Of a DNA stretch of 64,000 nt, positions 24,616 through 40,088 are shown in pieces. This stretch comes from Antechinus flavipes (taxonomy: Eukaryota), in NCBI RefSeq assembly GCF_016432865.1, contig NC_067402.1, positions 292,206,001 to 292,270,000 on the forward strand, given 5' to 3'. How positions within the stretch are numbered: position 1 is the stretch's first letter; the number at the start of each line of letters is the position of its first letter. The notes beneath the pieces were generated by a model. That model saw only the letters and a list, made by a program, of their open reading frames with translations. It searched no databases and was not told the origin of the DNA. The translations under genes and the position numbers were made by a program.

Positions 24616-25892
24616 GGTATCATGAACCCAGTTCTGTACTTGGAATCATAAGTACTGAGTTCAAATTCTGCTTCAAACACTAATTGTATGATCTTTGGTT
24701 CTCTCAACCTCGTTTCCCTCAGCTCCCTTCTAGGCTTGTTGGGAAGATCAAATGAGATAGTATGTATCAACTACTTTGCAAGCCTTGAAGTGTTCCCCGA
24801 ACATTAGTTAGTGTTATTTATTTGGAGAAATTTATCTGTGTGGTTCAGTGGGAAAAGCTAGGGATGTGCAGTCAATTGCCACTTCCTACACTTATTACTT
24901 GTGTGACCTTGGGCAAGATCCACCAATACCTCCCACATACACGTGACCTTCCACCAGCCTACAAAGTCATCCCTCCCAGTATTGCCATTCCATTTGACAG
25001 ATAAGAACATTGAGGCTCAGAGAAACAAAGAGATTTGCCTGTGGTCACACAAGTAGGAATTGGGATAATAATGTCTACTGAATTTCTTTAGCATTTGAAA
25101 TTTTGTAAAATGTTAACTCACTTGATCATCACACTAGGGGAGAAGGTACAAATGTTATGATCTCGTTACATGAAATTAAGTGACTCGCATAGGATCACTC
25201 AGCTGAAGTAGAATTGGAACCTAGGAATTTCTTGATTCCAACTCTCTATTTAGCCACTTTTCATCCAGCTTACAATAAAGAACCTGGTCAAAGCTGGGCT
25301 TTCTGGGTGCCCTCCACCTCTCTGAGCCCCAGTTTTCTCCTCTCTCAGGTCCCTGCCCTGCTCCGTGACCAGGTTATGTGGTCACTTCAGTAACTGTGAA
25401 AGCATTGGGATCCTTTGCAACCTATTTTGGAAATGCAGAGTGACTGCAAGGGGAAAAACTTGTGGCTCTGTGCTCTACCTGGGCTGGATCCTCCTACCAA
25501 TGGTTCCAAGACAACTCATGATTGGTGTTTGCCTGTGGCCCCACCTCTTTAGGGATTTCATGGAGGCATCGAAAGCCTCTCCACAGCCCCCTCTCCCCAC
25601 TCCATTAGGGCACCAGGATGGGCAGCATGGGCCATCCAGCAGCTACCCTCACTCTAGTCCCATGATGCATCATAGGCTGCACTCACCTCCTTCTCTGCTT
25701 GAATACAGCCTGGTTGACATCTTCCATACCACTTACTGAGAGCCGGAAAAAGGCTAACCCTAGCTCAAGCCACCATGTCTCTCTCTAATGTCCTTAAGGC
25801 CATTGGAAAAGTTTGGAAAACTTTGGGGATCCATGGTTCAAATTCGCATGGCGGCATGGAGACGGTACTGGTGTAAAAAAGAGATCACATTT

Positions 25893-26037
25893 GGGGCAGC
25901 TAGATGGTGCAGTGGATAGAACTCCAGCCCTGAGTTAGGAGGAACTGAATTCAAATATGACCTCAGACACTTAACACATCCTAGCTGGGTGACCCTGGGC
26001 AAGTCACTTAAAAACTATTGCCTCAGGGGGAAAAAAA
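25893..26037 (+). mobile_element. WSINE1/MAR1-like SINE inserted in the SAMD9-like relic
   Basis: ggggcagctagatggtgcagtggatagaactccagccctg...ggcaagtcacttaa. Confidence 0.85.
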
Positions 26038-26552
26038 GTGTTTTTAAAAATATATTGCATGTGATGTCAAATATTGGCTTGACTTTCTATACTGTTTTCC
26101 TCTTTTTTATTCTTTTTTTTTTTTTTTTTTTGGTATGTGTTGCATGTAAGTAACCATAAGAATAAGATGGGAATAGGAACTGGATTTCCTTGATATCTCA
26201 GCTGAGTCAACTGCTTCTCCCAATAAAACACATTCAACACATGCTCCATAAACTTTGGGTCCTAAACACTTGACCAGGGCACAGAGCCAGAGATAAACCC
26301 AATTTTTCCTAGCTCCAAGGCTTATTCTCCATCCATAATAACACAGCACCTCTCAAAAAAAAAAAAAAAAATTTTAAGTGTTAGTGTGAGGGAGAACCCG
26401 GCAGTTATTGAAAGGATTCTCCAGTTCCTTAAAACTATTCTACTTTTTTATCTTGACATATCAGGTCAGGTTATCCTGACCAAAGCCTAGCCAAAAAGAA
26501 ATCCAATACGCTCCAATTCCGAGTCTGAGAAAGAGTTAAGAAATGAGTCTGA

Positions 26553-27949
26553 AATTAGGCATGGACCCACACTTAACACCATATACCAAGATAAGATCAA
26601 AATGGGTCCATGACCTAGGCATAAAGAACGAGATTATAAAAAAATTAGAGGAACATAGAATAGTTTATCTCTCAGACTTGTGGAGGAGAAAGAAATTTGT
26701 GACCAAAGATGAACTAGAGACCATTACTGATCACAAAATAGAAAATTTTGATTACATCAAATTAAAAAGCCTTTGTACAAATAAAACTAATGCAAACAAG
26801 ATTAGAAGGGAAGCAACAAACTGGGAAAACATTTTCACAGTTAAAGGTTCTGATAAAGGCCTCATTTCCAAAATATAGAGAGAATTGACTCAAATTTATA
26901 AGAAATCAAGCCATTCTCCAATTGATAAATGGTCAAAGGATATGAACAGACAATTTTCAGAGGATGAAATTGAAACTATTACCACTCATATGAAAGAGTG
27001 TTCCAAATCATTATTGATCAGAGAAATGCAAATTAAGACAACTCTGAGATACCACTACACACCTGTCAGATTGGCTAAGATGACAGGAAAAAATAATGAT
27101 GAATGTTGGAGGGGATGCGGGAAAACTGGGACACTGATGCATTGTTGGTGGAGTTGTGAACGAATCCAACCATTCTGGAGAGCAATCTGGAATTATGCCC
27201 AAAAAGTTATCAAACTGTGCATACCCTTTGATCCAGCAGTGTTTCTATTGGGCTTATATCCCAAAGAAATACTAAAGAAGGGAAAGGGACCTGTATGTGC
27301 CAAAATGTTTGTAGCAGCCCTATTTGTAGTGGCTAGAAACTGGAAAATGAATAGATGCCCATCAATTGGAGAATGGCTGGGTAAATTGTGGTATATGAAT
27401 GTTATGGAATATTATTGCTCTGTAAGGAATGACCAGCAGGATGAATACAGAGAGGCTTGGAGAGACCTACATGGACTGATGCTAAGTGAAATGAGCAGAA
27501 CCAGGAGATCATTATACACTTCGACAACGTTATTGTATGAGGACATATTTTGATGGAAGTGGATTTCTTTGACAAAGAGACCTAACTGAGTTTCAATTGA
27601 TAAATGACGGACAAAAGCAGCTACACCCAAAGAAAGAACACTGGGAAACGAATGTGAACTATCTGCATTTTTGTTTTTCTTCCCAGGTTATTCATACCTT
27701 CTGAATCCAATTCTCCCTGTGCAACAAGAGAACTGTTCGCTTCTGCAAACATATATTGTATCTAGGATATACTGCAACATATCCAACATATAAAGGACTG
27801 CTTGCCATCTAGGGGAGGGGGTGGAGGGAGGGAGGGGAAAAAAAATCGGAACAGAAACGAGTGCAAGGGATAATGTTGTAAAAAAATCACCCTGGCATGG
27901 ATTCTGTCAATATAAAGTAATTACTAAACAAAAATTAAAAAAAAAAAAA
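26553..27949 (+). mobile_element. 5'-truncated young LINE-1 (ORF2 C-terminus, 3' UTR, poly-A) with 15-bp target-site duplication
   Basis: ORF2 peptides MDPHLTPYTKIRSKW... and ...HYTPVRLAK...CWRGCGKTGTLMHCWW...; one in-frame TAG at 26876-26878; poly-A at ~27937-27950; TSD aagaaatgagtctga at 26538-26552 and 27950-27964; TT|AAGA endonuclease-type site. Confidence 0.95.
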
Positions 27950-28139
27950 AAGAAATGAGTCTGAGCTTGAGTCAGGGAAGAAATAGAGCATATCCTGTCT
28001 CAAGATGGCCAACAGGAAGCAAAAAGTCAGAACCAGAGCTACCCTCTAATCTGGGAATGGAGAGTAAGGGGAAGAATGTAATGAAGTCAGGGTAGCAGAT
28101 CCAGGTCAGCCAGAACATAAGAGGATCCAGACTATCAGG

Positions 28140-28590
28140 CAACTGAGAGAGAAAAAGAAAAACGGACAGAGACAGAGACAGAAAGACAGAGAGACAGAGG
28201 TGGAAAGAGAGGCAAAAAGAGATGGAGAGAAAGAGAAAGACACACGGAGAGAGAAAGAGGAGGAGGAAGAGTAACAGGAAGAGAATGAACAAGAAGAGGA
28301 GGAGGAAGGTCAGGAGGGGAAGGGAGAAGGGAGGAGGAGGATGAAGAAGAGAAGGAGAAGGAGGAGAAGAAAGAGGGGGAGAAGAAAGGAGGAGAAGTAG
28401 GAGGAGAAGGAGAAGGAGGAGAAGGAGAAGAGGAGAATATTGGATTGCTTGCTGTCTTAAGGAGGGGGAAGAGGAAGGGAGAGAGAAAAATTTGGAACAA
28501 GGTTTTGCAAAGGTGAATGTCAAAAACTATTTTTGTGTGTATTTGGAAAAATAAAATATTATTAATATTTTTTAAAGAAAGAAAAAAAGA
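28140..28590 (+). mobile_element. GA-rich tract plus short LINE-1 3' UTR fragment
   Basis: Purine tract 28140-28440, then gagagaaaaatttggaacaaggttttgcaaaggtgaatg, which resembles the other L1 3' ends in the window. Confidence 0.65.
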
Positions 28591-29684
28591 AAGAAAAAGA
28601 AGACCACTTTCTCAAAACAAGGAGAAGGGAGACATGTAGGATGTAAAGCCCAGACGGTTTTCAGCACAGACAGAGGAAACTGGCCTCATAGAAGAGGAAA
28701 TAGGTGTTAGAGCAGGTTATCCTGAAGGGAAAGGCCCGAGACCTTGCACTAGAGGAAAGAAGCTTGGTTTTTCTCCCTTGCCCCACTCCCATCCTAAAAG
28801 AGCCCGAGATTCAAAGTTGCAAGTGGTTTGCTCTGCTGCAAACTTGTTCAGCTTCTTTTATAAACTGAACCATCATGATAGGATCTTTGGAAATCAAATC
28901 CTTTTGCGGGGAACAGCTCAGAAGGAGCCAGAGGAGGAAACCCTGGAAGCAAGAATCAGACTGGGCATGAACAGCAGCAGGATTACAGTATAATCAGATC
29001 TTATTGAAGAGGAGCTAGGGCCCAGGCCAGTCCACTAATGTTGGAGAGGTCAAGATGCTGCTCATCCTTCTACATTCTGACTAGCAATGGTCTGGGAAGT
29101 GAGTGCTGCCCCTATAGAGTTAAAGCAGGGATATATCCAGAAACCATTTATAGAGCAGAAGAAGAGGCAATGGTTCCCTGGTGAACCCAAAAGTATAGAC
29201 TTGAAGAATAGATACATCTAAATTTCATCCAGTAAATACGCTTTAATCTATAAAATGAGGATATTATCCATTTGGGGTCTTTTGAAGTTGAAAAAGAGAT
29301 TAGGATATTAATGAGAATTCATTTTATTAATTTTTATTAGTTAATTTTAATAATAATTATTAATAAAATGAGTCAAATGAGTTATGATTTTCATACCCTA
29401 AACTGGGAATTTGGGAAGGAGCTAAAAGACTGGGAGCTAAGGAAAATCCTGCAGAGTCTTAATTCAATGCAGATCATGCAGGGATGTACCCAAAGGAGAG
29501 CACTAAAACAGCTTGCAGTCAAAGTACCAGCTGATGGCTTACATAGGGACTTTGGTCTGAAATACTGCCACCCTAGAAAAAATACATGGGTATTACCTGT
29601 GTGCCCACCTGCCCTTCCAGTTCTACTGCCAAGGGGAGACGGGTACGCCTCTGGCGAGAAGAAACATCTGTTCTTACACTAAGA

Positions 29685-29815
29685 TCATTGGTTTTAGAAA
29701 AGGAAAAGACCTTGAACAGCACTAAATTCAATCTCATCTTACAGATGGGAAACTGAGGCCCGGAAAGGGAAGTCATTTGCCTAAGGAGTATTAAAGCAGC
29801 ATAACTCAAGCTCTT
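29685..29815 (-). mobile_element. MIR-type CORE-SINE inside the SAMD9-like relic
   Basis: ctcatcttacagatgggaaactgaggcccggaaagggaagtcatttgcctaagg is the MIR core in antisense. Confidence 0.7.
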
Positions 29816-29906
29816 TGACTAGTCTTCCTCTCCTTGACAAGGGCAGGCTCCAGGATTGAAGGGTGCAAGTAGGGAGCTAATCAACATCGGTTAAAACTGA
29901 AGCTGA

Positions 29907-30110
29907 AAAATAACTGTTAGGACATGTATACTTATATTGTATTTAATTTACATTTTAACATATTTAACATGTATTGGTCAACCTGCCATCAGGGGGAGGG
30001 GATGGGGGGAAGAAGGAGAAAAATTGGAACAAAAGGTTTGGCAATTGTCAATGCTGAAAAATTACCCATGCATATAACTTGTAAATAAAAAGCTATAATT
30101 AAAAAAAAAA
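29907..30110 (+). mobile_element. ~200-bp severely truncated LINE-1 with poly-A and 14-bp TSD
   Basis: TSD aaaactgaagctga at 29893-29906 and 30111-30124; TT|AAAA site; L1 3' UTR sequence and poly-A. Confidence 0.85.
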
Positions 30111-31570
30111 AAAACTGAAGCTGAGCAGATAAGACACCATGAATATGAACTGATGATATTCCTCAATGTCTCAGGTATCACCAGCCATAGGAGCGGTACC
30201 CATGCTTCCCTTCTCTTGGTTGGCTCCCTCCCCCTTCAAACGGCCCTCATGCTAGAAGGCCTGGAAAGAAGAGGTAGTCCTGGCCATGATCATACTACTA
30301 CTTTTATTTACTATCAGGGTGCTTGGGAGGAATACATTCATACTTCTTGCCATTGTGACTCCTGCACTCCAAGTGATATGATTCCTATTTCTACAAAGGC
30401 AGGCAAAAAGGATGTCATTGACTCTTCATGAAGCATTTACTAAATGAAAAGCGAAAATCAAGAATAATTATAAAATCAGGAATAATCATAATGTTTACTC
30501 AACAGAAGACAAAAGCAAGAATAATAAAAATATAACAGCCCATTCATCAACCGATACAAGGGAAGAATGCGTATATTTAGAGAAACTTAGCAGTCAGGTT
30601 TGGGATTTGGGAAATTCACTGCCCAGAGAAACTCAAGAGTCTAAAAAGCAGGCTTTGATTTCCTTGATCTCTTTAGGGAACACTGTACCACGTGATCACT
30701 GCTCAGCAAAAACCACTTCTCTGCTGGTCTTGGGCCACTGAAACAGGGTGGGGCTTATTTAGCACACAGCTACACTTGGCAGGGTGCTGAGAAAGTGTTA
30801 TGTTCTTTTAACAAAAATACATGAGCTTGGCTCCTAGAAAAGCAAATACAAAACCTGTCTTTTTCCTTTTAACGATTCCAGCTCTCTTCAGCTCTAGAGA
30901 AAAGTAATGGGCCAGAAAGGTACTTCCAGAGAGGTTCCCTTCTCTGGAGACATAGATGGCATTAAAAGGCAATAAATCTCCACTTTCCATCTGCAGTTCT
31001 GCTTGGTTTGATCTCCACATAACACAGTGCTCTGACAAAGGGCCCCCTTTCCAGCTTCCTCCTGTGCATTGTCTTCCCCCATTGGATGGGAAGCTCCTTG
31101 AGGACATTTAGGGTATGGAACAGGCTGGGTCTTCCAAGGCTACAACATTCAATTATCCCCCCAGTCTAGCAATCTTGTTAAAAGTAAAGTCAAAGAGGTC
31201 ATTTTGGTCTGTTCTGTTCTTGATAAACAAACATCGGTTCTTAGTGATCACCGATTCCTCTTTTAAATACTCATAAAGTCTCCTTTTAACTAGGTGATTG
31301 TTCTTGGCCATGTTAGGTTTGTGTGCTGCTGGGACATTGAAGTGGATGTGTCCAGAAGGAAATTTGCAATGTAGGGCGACAGTTCTAGGGAAGGGTGGCT
31401 TGGGGGGAAATTCAGAATTGGGAGCCACCAGCTTACAGGGGGTCACTGAACTTCTCCTGGAATGGATGGGATGGGCAAGAGAAAGAAAATATGACCTAAG
31501 ATGGCAGCTGAAGGGCTTTCCACCTTTGTTGACAGTAAGGAGATTGGGGAAGAAAGAAGAGACACCTTAT

Positions 31571-31906
31571 TGTGCCACGGTTCTCTTTTATTGTCCTGAC
31601 TCATTTTCCCTAATTGTTCTAACTCAGTTCTGCCTCAGTTTCTAATTGTTCTAATCAACCGCCCCTCCCTCCTAATCATGATGATTCAGATAAGGAGAAA
31701 GACCTCCTATCTTAGGCATCATCAGAATGTTGGGTGCCTCGCCCCATTCTGTAATTTATCAGATGTCCCCCATGTTGGATTGTTAGTTCCCCTCTCAGTG
31801 CTCTGACTCCGCCCCTGCCTCTGTCTACCCCCTGTAACTCTCCCTTTCAAACAAAATATTAAATAATCTCTAATCTCTATCTTGCCTCAGTTTCTCCAGC
31901 ATTACA
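31571..31906 (-). mobile_element. Probable solo LTR
   Basis: Minus strand begins TGTAATGCTGGAGAAACTGAGGC and ends AATAAAAGAGAACCGTGGCACA (TG...CA termini, poly(A) signal near the 3' end). No clean TSD found. Confidence 0.45.
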
Positions 31907-32118
31907 ATCTCAGAACACTGATCAGACAGAAGAGCCAGGAGACAACCTTATCATGGAAGCCAAAAGCAGAGAGGACGGTCAACAGAGAGGATTGTTGGGG
32001 TAAAATCAACGAAGATGAGGACTGTGCAACAACTGCCAAATCACAAAGTAGACCTCTGTTGTAGGAAGTGTCTGAGCAAATCCAGGGAGCTTGGCGACAT
32101 TCTTTCCTCCACCCCACC

Positions 32119-32745
32119 CCTTTTTTTTTTTTTTAATTATTATTGACTTTTGCTTAGCCTTGTGTTCCATATTTTCTCGTCCTTCCTCCTACCCCGTCCC
32201 CTAGATGGCAAGTAATCCAATGTTAACAAGCTAACCATGTTTAAATATATGTTAAATGCAATATATGTAAACATATTTGTACAATTATCTTGCTGCACAA
32301 GAAAGATCAGATCAAAAAGGAAAGAAAACGAATAAGAAAGCAAAATACAAATGAACAACAACAAAAAGAGTGAGAATGTTATGTTATGAGCTACACTCAA
32401 TCCCCACAGTCCTCTCTCTGGGGTGTAGATGACTGTCTTCAACACGAGATCATTCATTGAAACTGGCCTCAATCACTGTATAATCCTGCTCTTGCCATGT
32501 ACAATGATCTCCTGGTTCTGCTCATTTCACTCAGCATCAGTTCCTATAAGTCTCTCCAGGCTCTCTGTATTCATCCTGATGGTCATTTCTTACAGAACAA
32601 TACTATTCCATAACACTTATATACTATAACTTATTCAGCCATTCTCCAATCGATGGGCATCCATCAGTTTCCAGTTTCTCGCCACTACAAAGAGGGTTGC
32701 CACATGTGGGTCCCTTTCCCTCCTTTAAGATCTCTTCAGGATACA
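32119..32745 (-). mobile_element. LINE-1 3' fragment
   Basis: Poly-T at 32121, then the reverse complement of L1 3' UTR/ORF2-end sequence (e.g. ccattctccaatcgatgggcatcc). Confidence 0.8.
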
Positions 32746-35559
32746 GGTGCTTGGTGATATCCTGATGAGAACTGGAACAAAGTGTGGACATCAGCAAACA
32801 CATACACGTACGTACACGCAGGAGAAGCTACTTTAAATATCACGCAATTTGTCTGTAAATATTTCAAAGATGTCTTCTGGAAAAAACCTAGGAGAGAACA
32901 AGGGGATCAGGGCACAGGAAACTAAGCCTGCAAAGTTAGCACGTTGAATCCATTGTTTAAAAATGGGAACAGAGCCGAGAGGAGCCAGAAGCCAGGAGAG
33001 GGAGGCTTCCTGAGAAAACGCTGACTTCAAGGCAGCTACATTATGAGAATGTTTCAGATAAAAGGTACACAGATCATCATAGTCCTGGGCAGGGCCTGGT
33101 GGGAGCAAAGGAGAGATCAGATAAAGGTCTGTAGGGACTTGGCAGGAAAGACTCTTTCAGTTGTAGATTCTCTTCATTGGTAAAATGCTGTTTGTGGAGA
33201 AAAACTATCCAGAGCCCAGTCCAATTAAGGTTCTTTTGGAAGGAAGTTTTAGCTCATGACCCACTGGCACATCCAGGGCCCATCCAAGGAGAAAGTCAAA
33301 GACCTGCTTGGGATGGAAAAAGGCAAGCAGAGACTGGGCCACATTTACAGAGTTGCCTCTTCCAGCTCTGGCGGTTCTTCCTGCCTGCTCAGGTGGTTCT
33401 TCCTGCCTGCTCAGGTCTCATCACCCCTTTTTCTTTTCAAAACATATAGTTTTGCTAGTTTTCAATATTCACCCTTGCAAGACTTGTGTTCCAATTTTTT
33501 TTCTCCCCTCCTTTCTCTCCATACCCTCTCCTAGATGGCAAATAATCCAATACATGTTAAACATTCTATCACCCCTTTTTTATGGATGCAGGAGAGACGG
33601 CTGAGACTGGGGGTTTGTCCTGGAGGCTGGGGACCCTTCACAAAACTTTTGTCTCCTTGGTGTCTGGATCCATCCGGCCTGCTCTCAGAAACCTCCTACC
33701 CTAAAGGCTGCTTGGGCAGCTACAGAGGCATTTAATGCCTTTCTTCATTCAATAAAGTCTTCTATCTGCACTTAATGCAGGCTGAGAAATCACTCGGTAT
33801 TGAACAAGCAAGAAATCTTTTTTTTTTTTCTCAACATTTCCCCAATTCCATGTAAAGATAGTTTTCAACATTCATTTTTGTAAAATTTTGAGTTCTCAAT
33901 TTTTTCTCCTTCCCTTCCTTTTCTTCCCAAGATACCAAGTAATCTGATATAGGTAGTACACACACAATCATTTTAAACAGATTTCCATATGAACTTATAA
34001 AAGATAGGTCACCTTTGTTGAGGACTTTATGTCTCCTCTGGAGGCTAGCTATAGACATGGAGAAAACTAGGAAACATATTCTGGAAACCCATTGAAAATG
34101 AATATGTCTCCACTCTGCATCTGGGGATAATTTGGATGATTTGGGTTAGGCACAACCCNNNNNNNNNNNNNNNNNNNNNNNNNNNNNNNNNNNNNNNNNN
34201 NNNNNNNNNNNNNNNNNNNNNNNNNNNNNNNNNNNNNNNNNNNNNNNNNNNNNNNNNNNNNNNNNNNNNNNNNNNNNNNNNNNNNNNNNNNNNNNNNNNN
34301 NNNGGGGTTGTGACTAGTAAATATTAGGTATCTGGATCTGAACTCAGATGCTCTTAATTTTAGAGCTAGTACTCTATCCAGTTCACCATCTAGCTGCCCT
34401 TGGTTGGATAATTTAGAATGCTGTAAGCTGTAGTTGTCCCGCGATTCCAGGCTACAGAAATAGCTGCTGAACTGTCTGGTATATAATAAGTAATTAATAA
34501 ATGTNNNNNNNNNNNNNNNNNNNNNNNNNNNNNNNNNNNNNNNNNNNNNNNNNNNNNNNNNNNNNNNNNNNNNNNNNNNNNNNNNNNNNNNNNNNNNNNN
34601 NNNNNNNNNNNNNNNNNNNNNNNNNNNNNNNNNNNNNNNNNNNNNNNNNNNNNNNNNNNNNNNNNNNNNNNNNNNNNNNNNNNNNNNNNNNNNNNNNCCA
34701 AGGTCCATACCTGATCATCATTACAGGCTCTATCAAGATAACAAGAGTTTCTGGCCCAGCTTTTTAGGGTGCTCGTGGGGAAGGGAACAAGCATTTATTA
34801 GGCACTTACTCTATTCCAAGAATTGCCCTTGCACAAATATTATCTGAGATATCTCTCTGGCATCTAGAGCAGCGTGGAGAGATTGAGCCATGACAAAAGG
34901 GAACAGAAAACTGCCTTTGCTTTTATTTTTCTGTGCAGAGCTGGGAGAGGGAACCCTCCCTTGCAACACCAACTTCCTTTTTCTTCCCAAGGGAATCTAG
35001 CGCACAGAGAAGTTCTATGAGTCTGGAAGGGTGGACGTATGTATGACCCCGGGAAGAAAATGGAACACACTCAGTGGGGAACAGTGCCATGGTTCCTCTA
35101 GGCTACTATGAGGGATGGAGGGGGGGGGGGGTTGCCTATTCTGGGGTGCCATGTACTTGACTGACCTCATGCCCAGGAACAAACTCCCATGGGAACATCT
35201 CTGAAAACTTGGATTCAATCGGAGGATTTCCCAAAGAAAATTCTGCCCAACAAGTCTGAGAGATAGGATGGGGAGGAGAAGCCGGTGTGGGAGGGAAAGG
35301 GGAAATGTGTGAAGTGGCTGCCCACCCCATCCCCACACCCAGACCCAACCGGACAGGATGAGACCGGGCTTGTGGGCGGAAGGAAACGCTGCGGTTTTCT
35401 CCTTCGGGAGAACACAGGGCTTTAGAGAAACACAAAAGTAGCCTCAGTTTCCTCATTCGTCCAACGAGCCGGAGAAGGAAATGGTAAACCACTCCAGTGT
35501 CTTTGCCAAGAAAATCCCAAATGGGTTGGCGGAGAGACGGAAAATCTGAATAATAATAA

Positions 35560-36379
35560 GTGCCTCCCAACGCTTTGCACTGATTTGGGCTGTGTTCCAT
35601 TATTTATTGATTTGAGTTAAGTTCTTTTCCCGGGAAAATGGCTAGCCTTTGAGGGCGGGGATCCGGTTTGCAGCCCCAGCGCGGAGCCTGGCGTGGGGAG
35701 AAGGAGACTAAAGACCTGTAGAACACCCCGAGAAACGACGCCGGTTCTCTAGAAGGTAGAGAGATCAGCACCCCCTTTCTGCGGCGGAGCAAACTGAGGC
35801 CGAAGGGAAGGAGGCCCCTCGGCGCGAGGGGGAGGCGCGGGGGACGCACTGCAAAGCTGGGGGGAGGGGTTCCCCGGCTACCCGGTTCATAAAAGGGAGC
35901 TGCCTCCTTCCAGCCCGGCAGCAGCCGGCCCATTTTGCATAGCCCGCATCCGAGTCATGAGGTCGAAGGGTAAGTGATAAAGGCAGGGCTAGCTGCCCTC
36001 AGAGCCTCGGCTGCTCCGCCCGGGATCGGAAGAGCGAGGCGCGTGGATAGCGGGGCCAGGGGCTCGTGGGACTGGGACAGCCGCTCGCGGCCACCGGAGG
36101 ACAGAGAAGCGGCTTTAACGGACAGGCCTAAGGGCGTGGGGCGGCCGCGAGGCGGGAGGAGGCGAGTGCAACAGAACGGCCCGAAGGCCCGGCAGCCGCA
36201 GGACCCGCAGCTACAGACCGGGGAGCGGGAGTGGGGGGGGCGGGAGGGGGGAGGCAAAGCCTGGGGCGGGGCCTGTAGGGGCGTGGCCGAACGGGCGGCG
36301 TGGCCTATCAGGAGACGGCGCCGAAGGGAGCCGAGCCCGAGCGGACGGAGCCGAGCGGAGCCCGAACGAGGTGTAGACC

Positions 36380-36400
<21 letters not shown>
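35560..36400. promoter_or_regulatory. CpG island promoter of CHKB (potentially bidirectional)
   Basis: Dense CpG, GC boxes (ggggcggggc at ~36264) and a YY1-like AAAATGGC at ~35635, upstream of the ATG at 36380. Confidence 0.75.
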
Positions 36401-39793
<3,393 letters not shown>

Positions 39794-40082
39794 TTTCACC
39801 CTCTGATGGATCCCAAAGTCTAAGGGACAGGATGGAGAGATAGGATGGGAGATGGAGAATTAGGAGGGAATCAGGGGCCCGAGCTGTCCCCCCATGGTGA
39901 GAATGGACCAAAAACCAAAGGATCAGCGGAGCCCAGAACAGTGGGAATCCCCAGTCTCTCTTAGCACCCAGAGGAGAACTCATTCTTCCTGCCCCCCCAA
40001 TTGTGATCCCCATGTGGGGAGACACCCAAAGGAGCCTGCCCAGCCAGGGCAGCCACTTCTCTACCCTCTGTATCTTCAGACC

Positions 40083-40088
40083 AATAAA
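40083..40088 (+). terminator. CHKB poly(A) signal AATAAA
   Basis: First AATAAA after the stop codon, ~290 nt downstream. Confidence 0.75.

Larger units (their letters stand above)
25387..31480 (-). pseudogene. Decayed SAMD9/SAMD9L-family gene (AlbA_2 / NTPase / TPR / C-terminal region), fragmented by stops, frameshifts and TE insertions
   Basis: Collinear blocks vs recalled human SAMD9: SCPSHPFQEKFSDPL 31436-31480 (TCVSYPFDEFSNPY); EDNAQEEAGK ~31047-31076 (EDHQVQQAKK); VLNKPHP 30745-30765 (VTNKCHP); EKWFLL 30704-30721 (IKWFAV); FLLLSSVE 30498-30521 (FLLLSSVD/E); ENHNSFDSFY 29363-29392 (EQHKNFEDFY); FFPLVQGL 28738-28761 (WFSPFIEAL); CRHANLNHGSPKFSKLFQW 25800-25856 (CRRNLVALKADKFSGLLEY); KRWGHRQTPIMSCLG 25505-25549 (KHMHRTKQPIAYFFLG). 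Confidence 0.7.

Noticed and set aside
31339-31353. GHIHF as the SAMD9 GTIHFG motif
   Set aside because: Spacing from the upstream PF..FSDP block fits DPIHEF better; KNRTD downstream is the more collinear match to NSRTN. Not used as evidence.
34145-34316. Short inverted repeat flanking the 145-nt gap (gcacaaccc / gggttgtga)
   Set aside because: The right arm is part of a decayed antisense SINE and the interior is unknown, so it cannot be evaluated.
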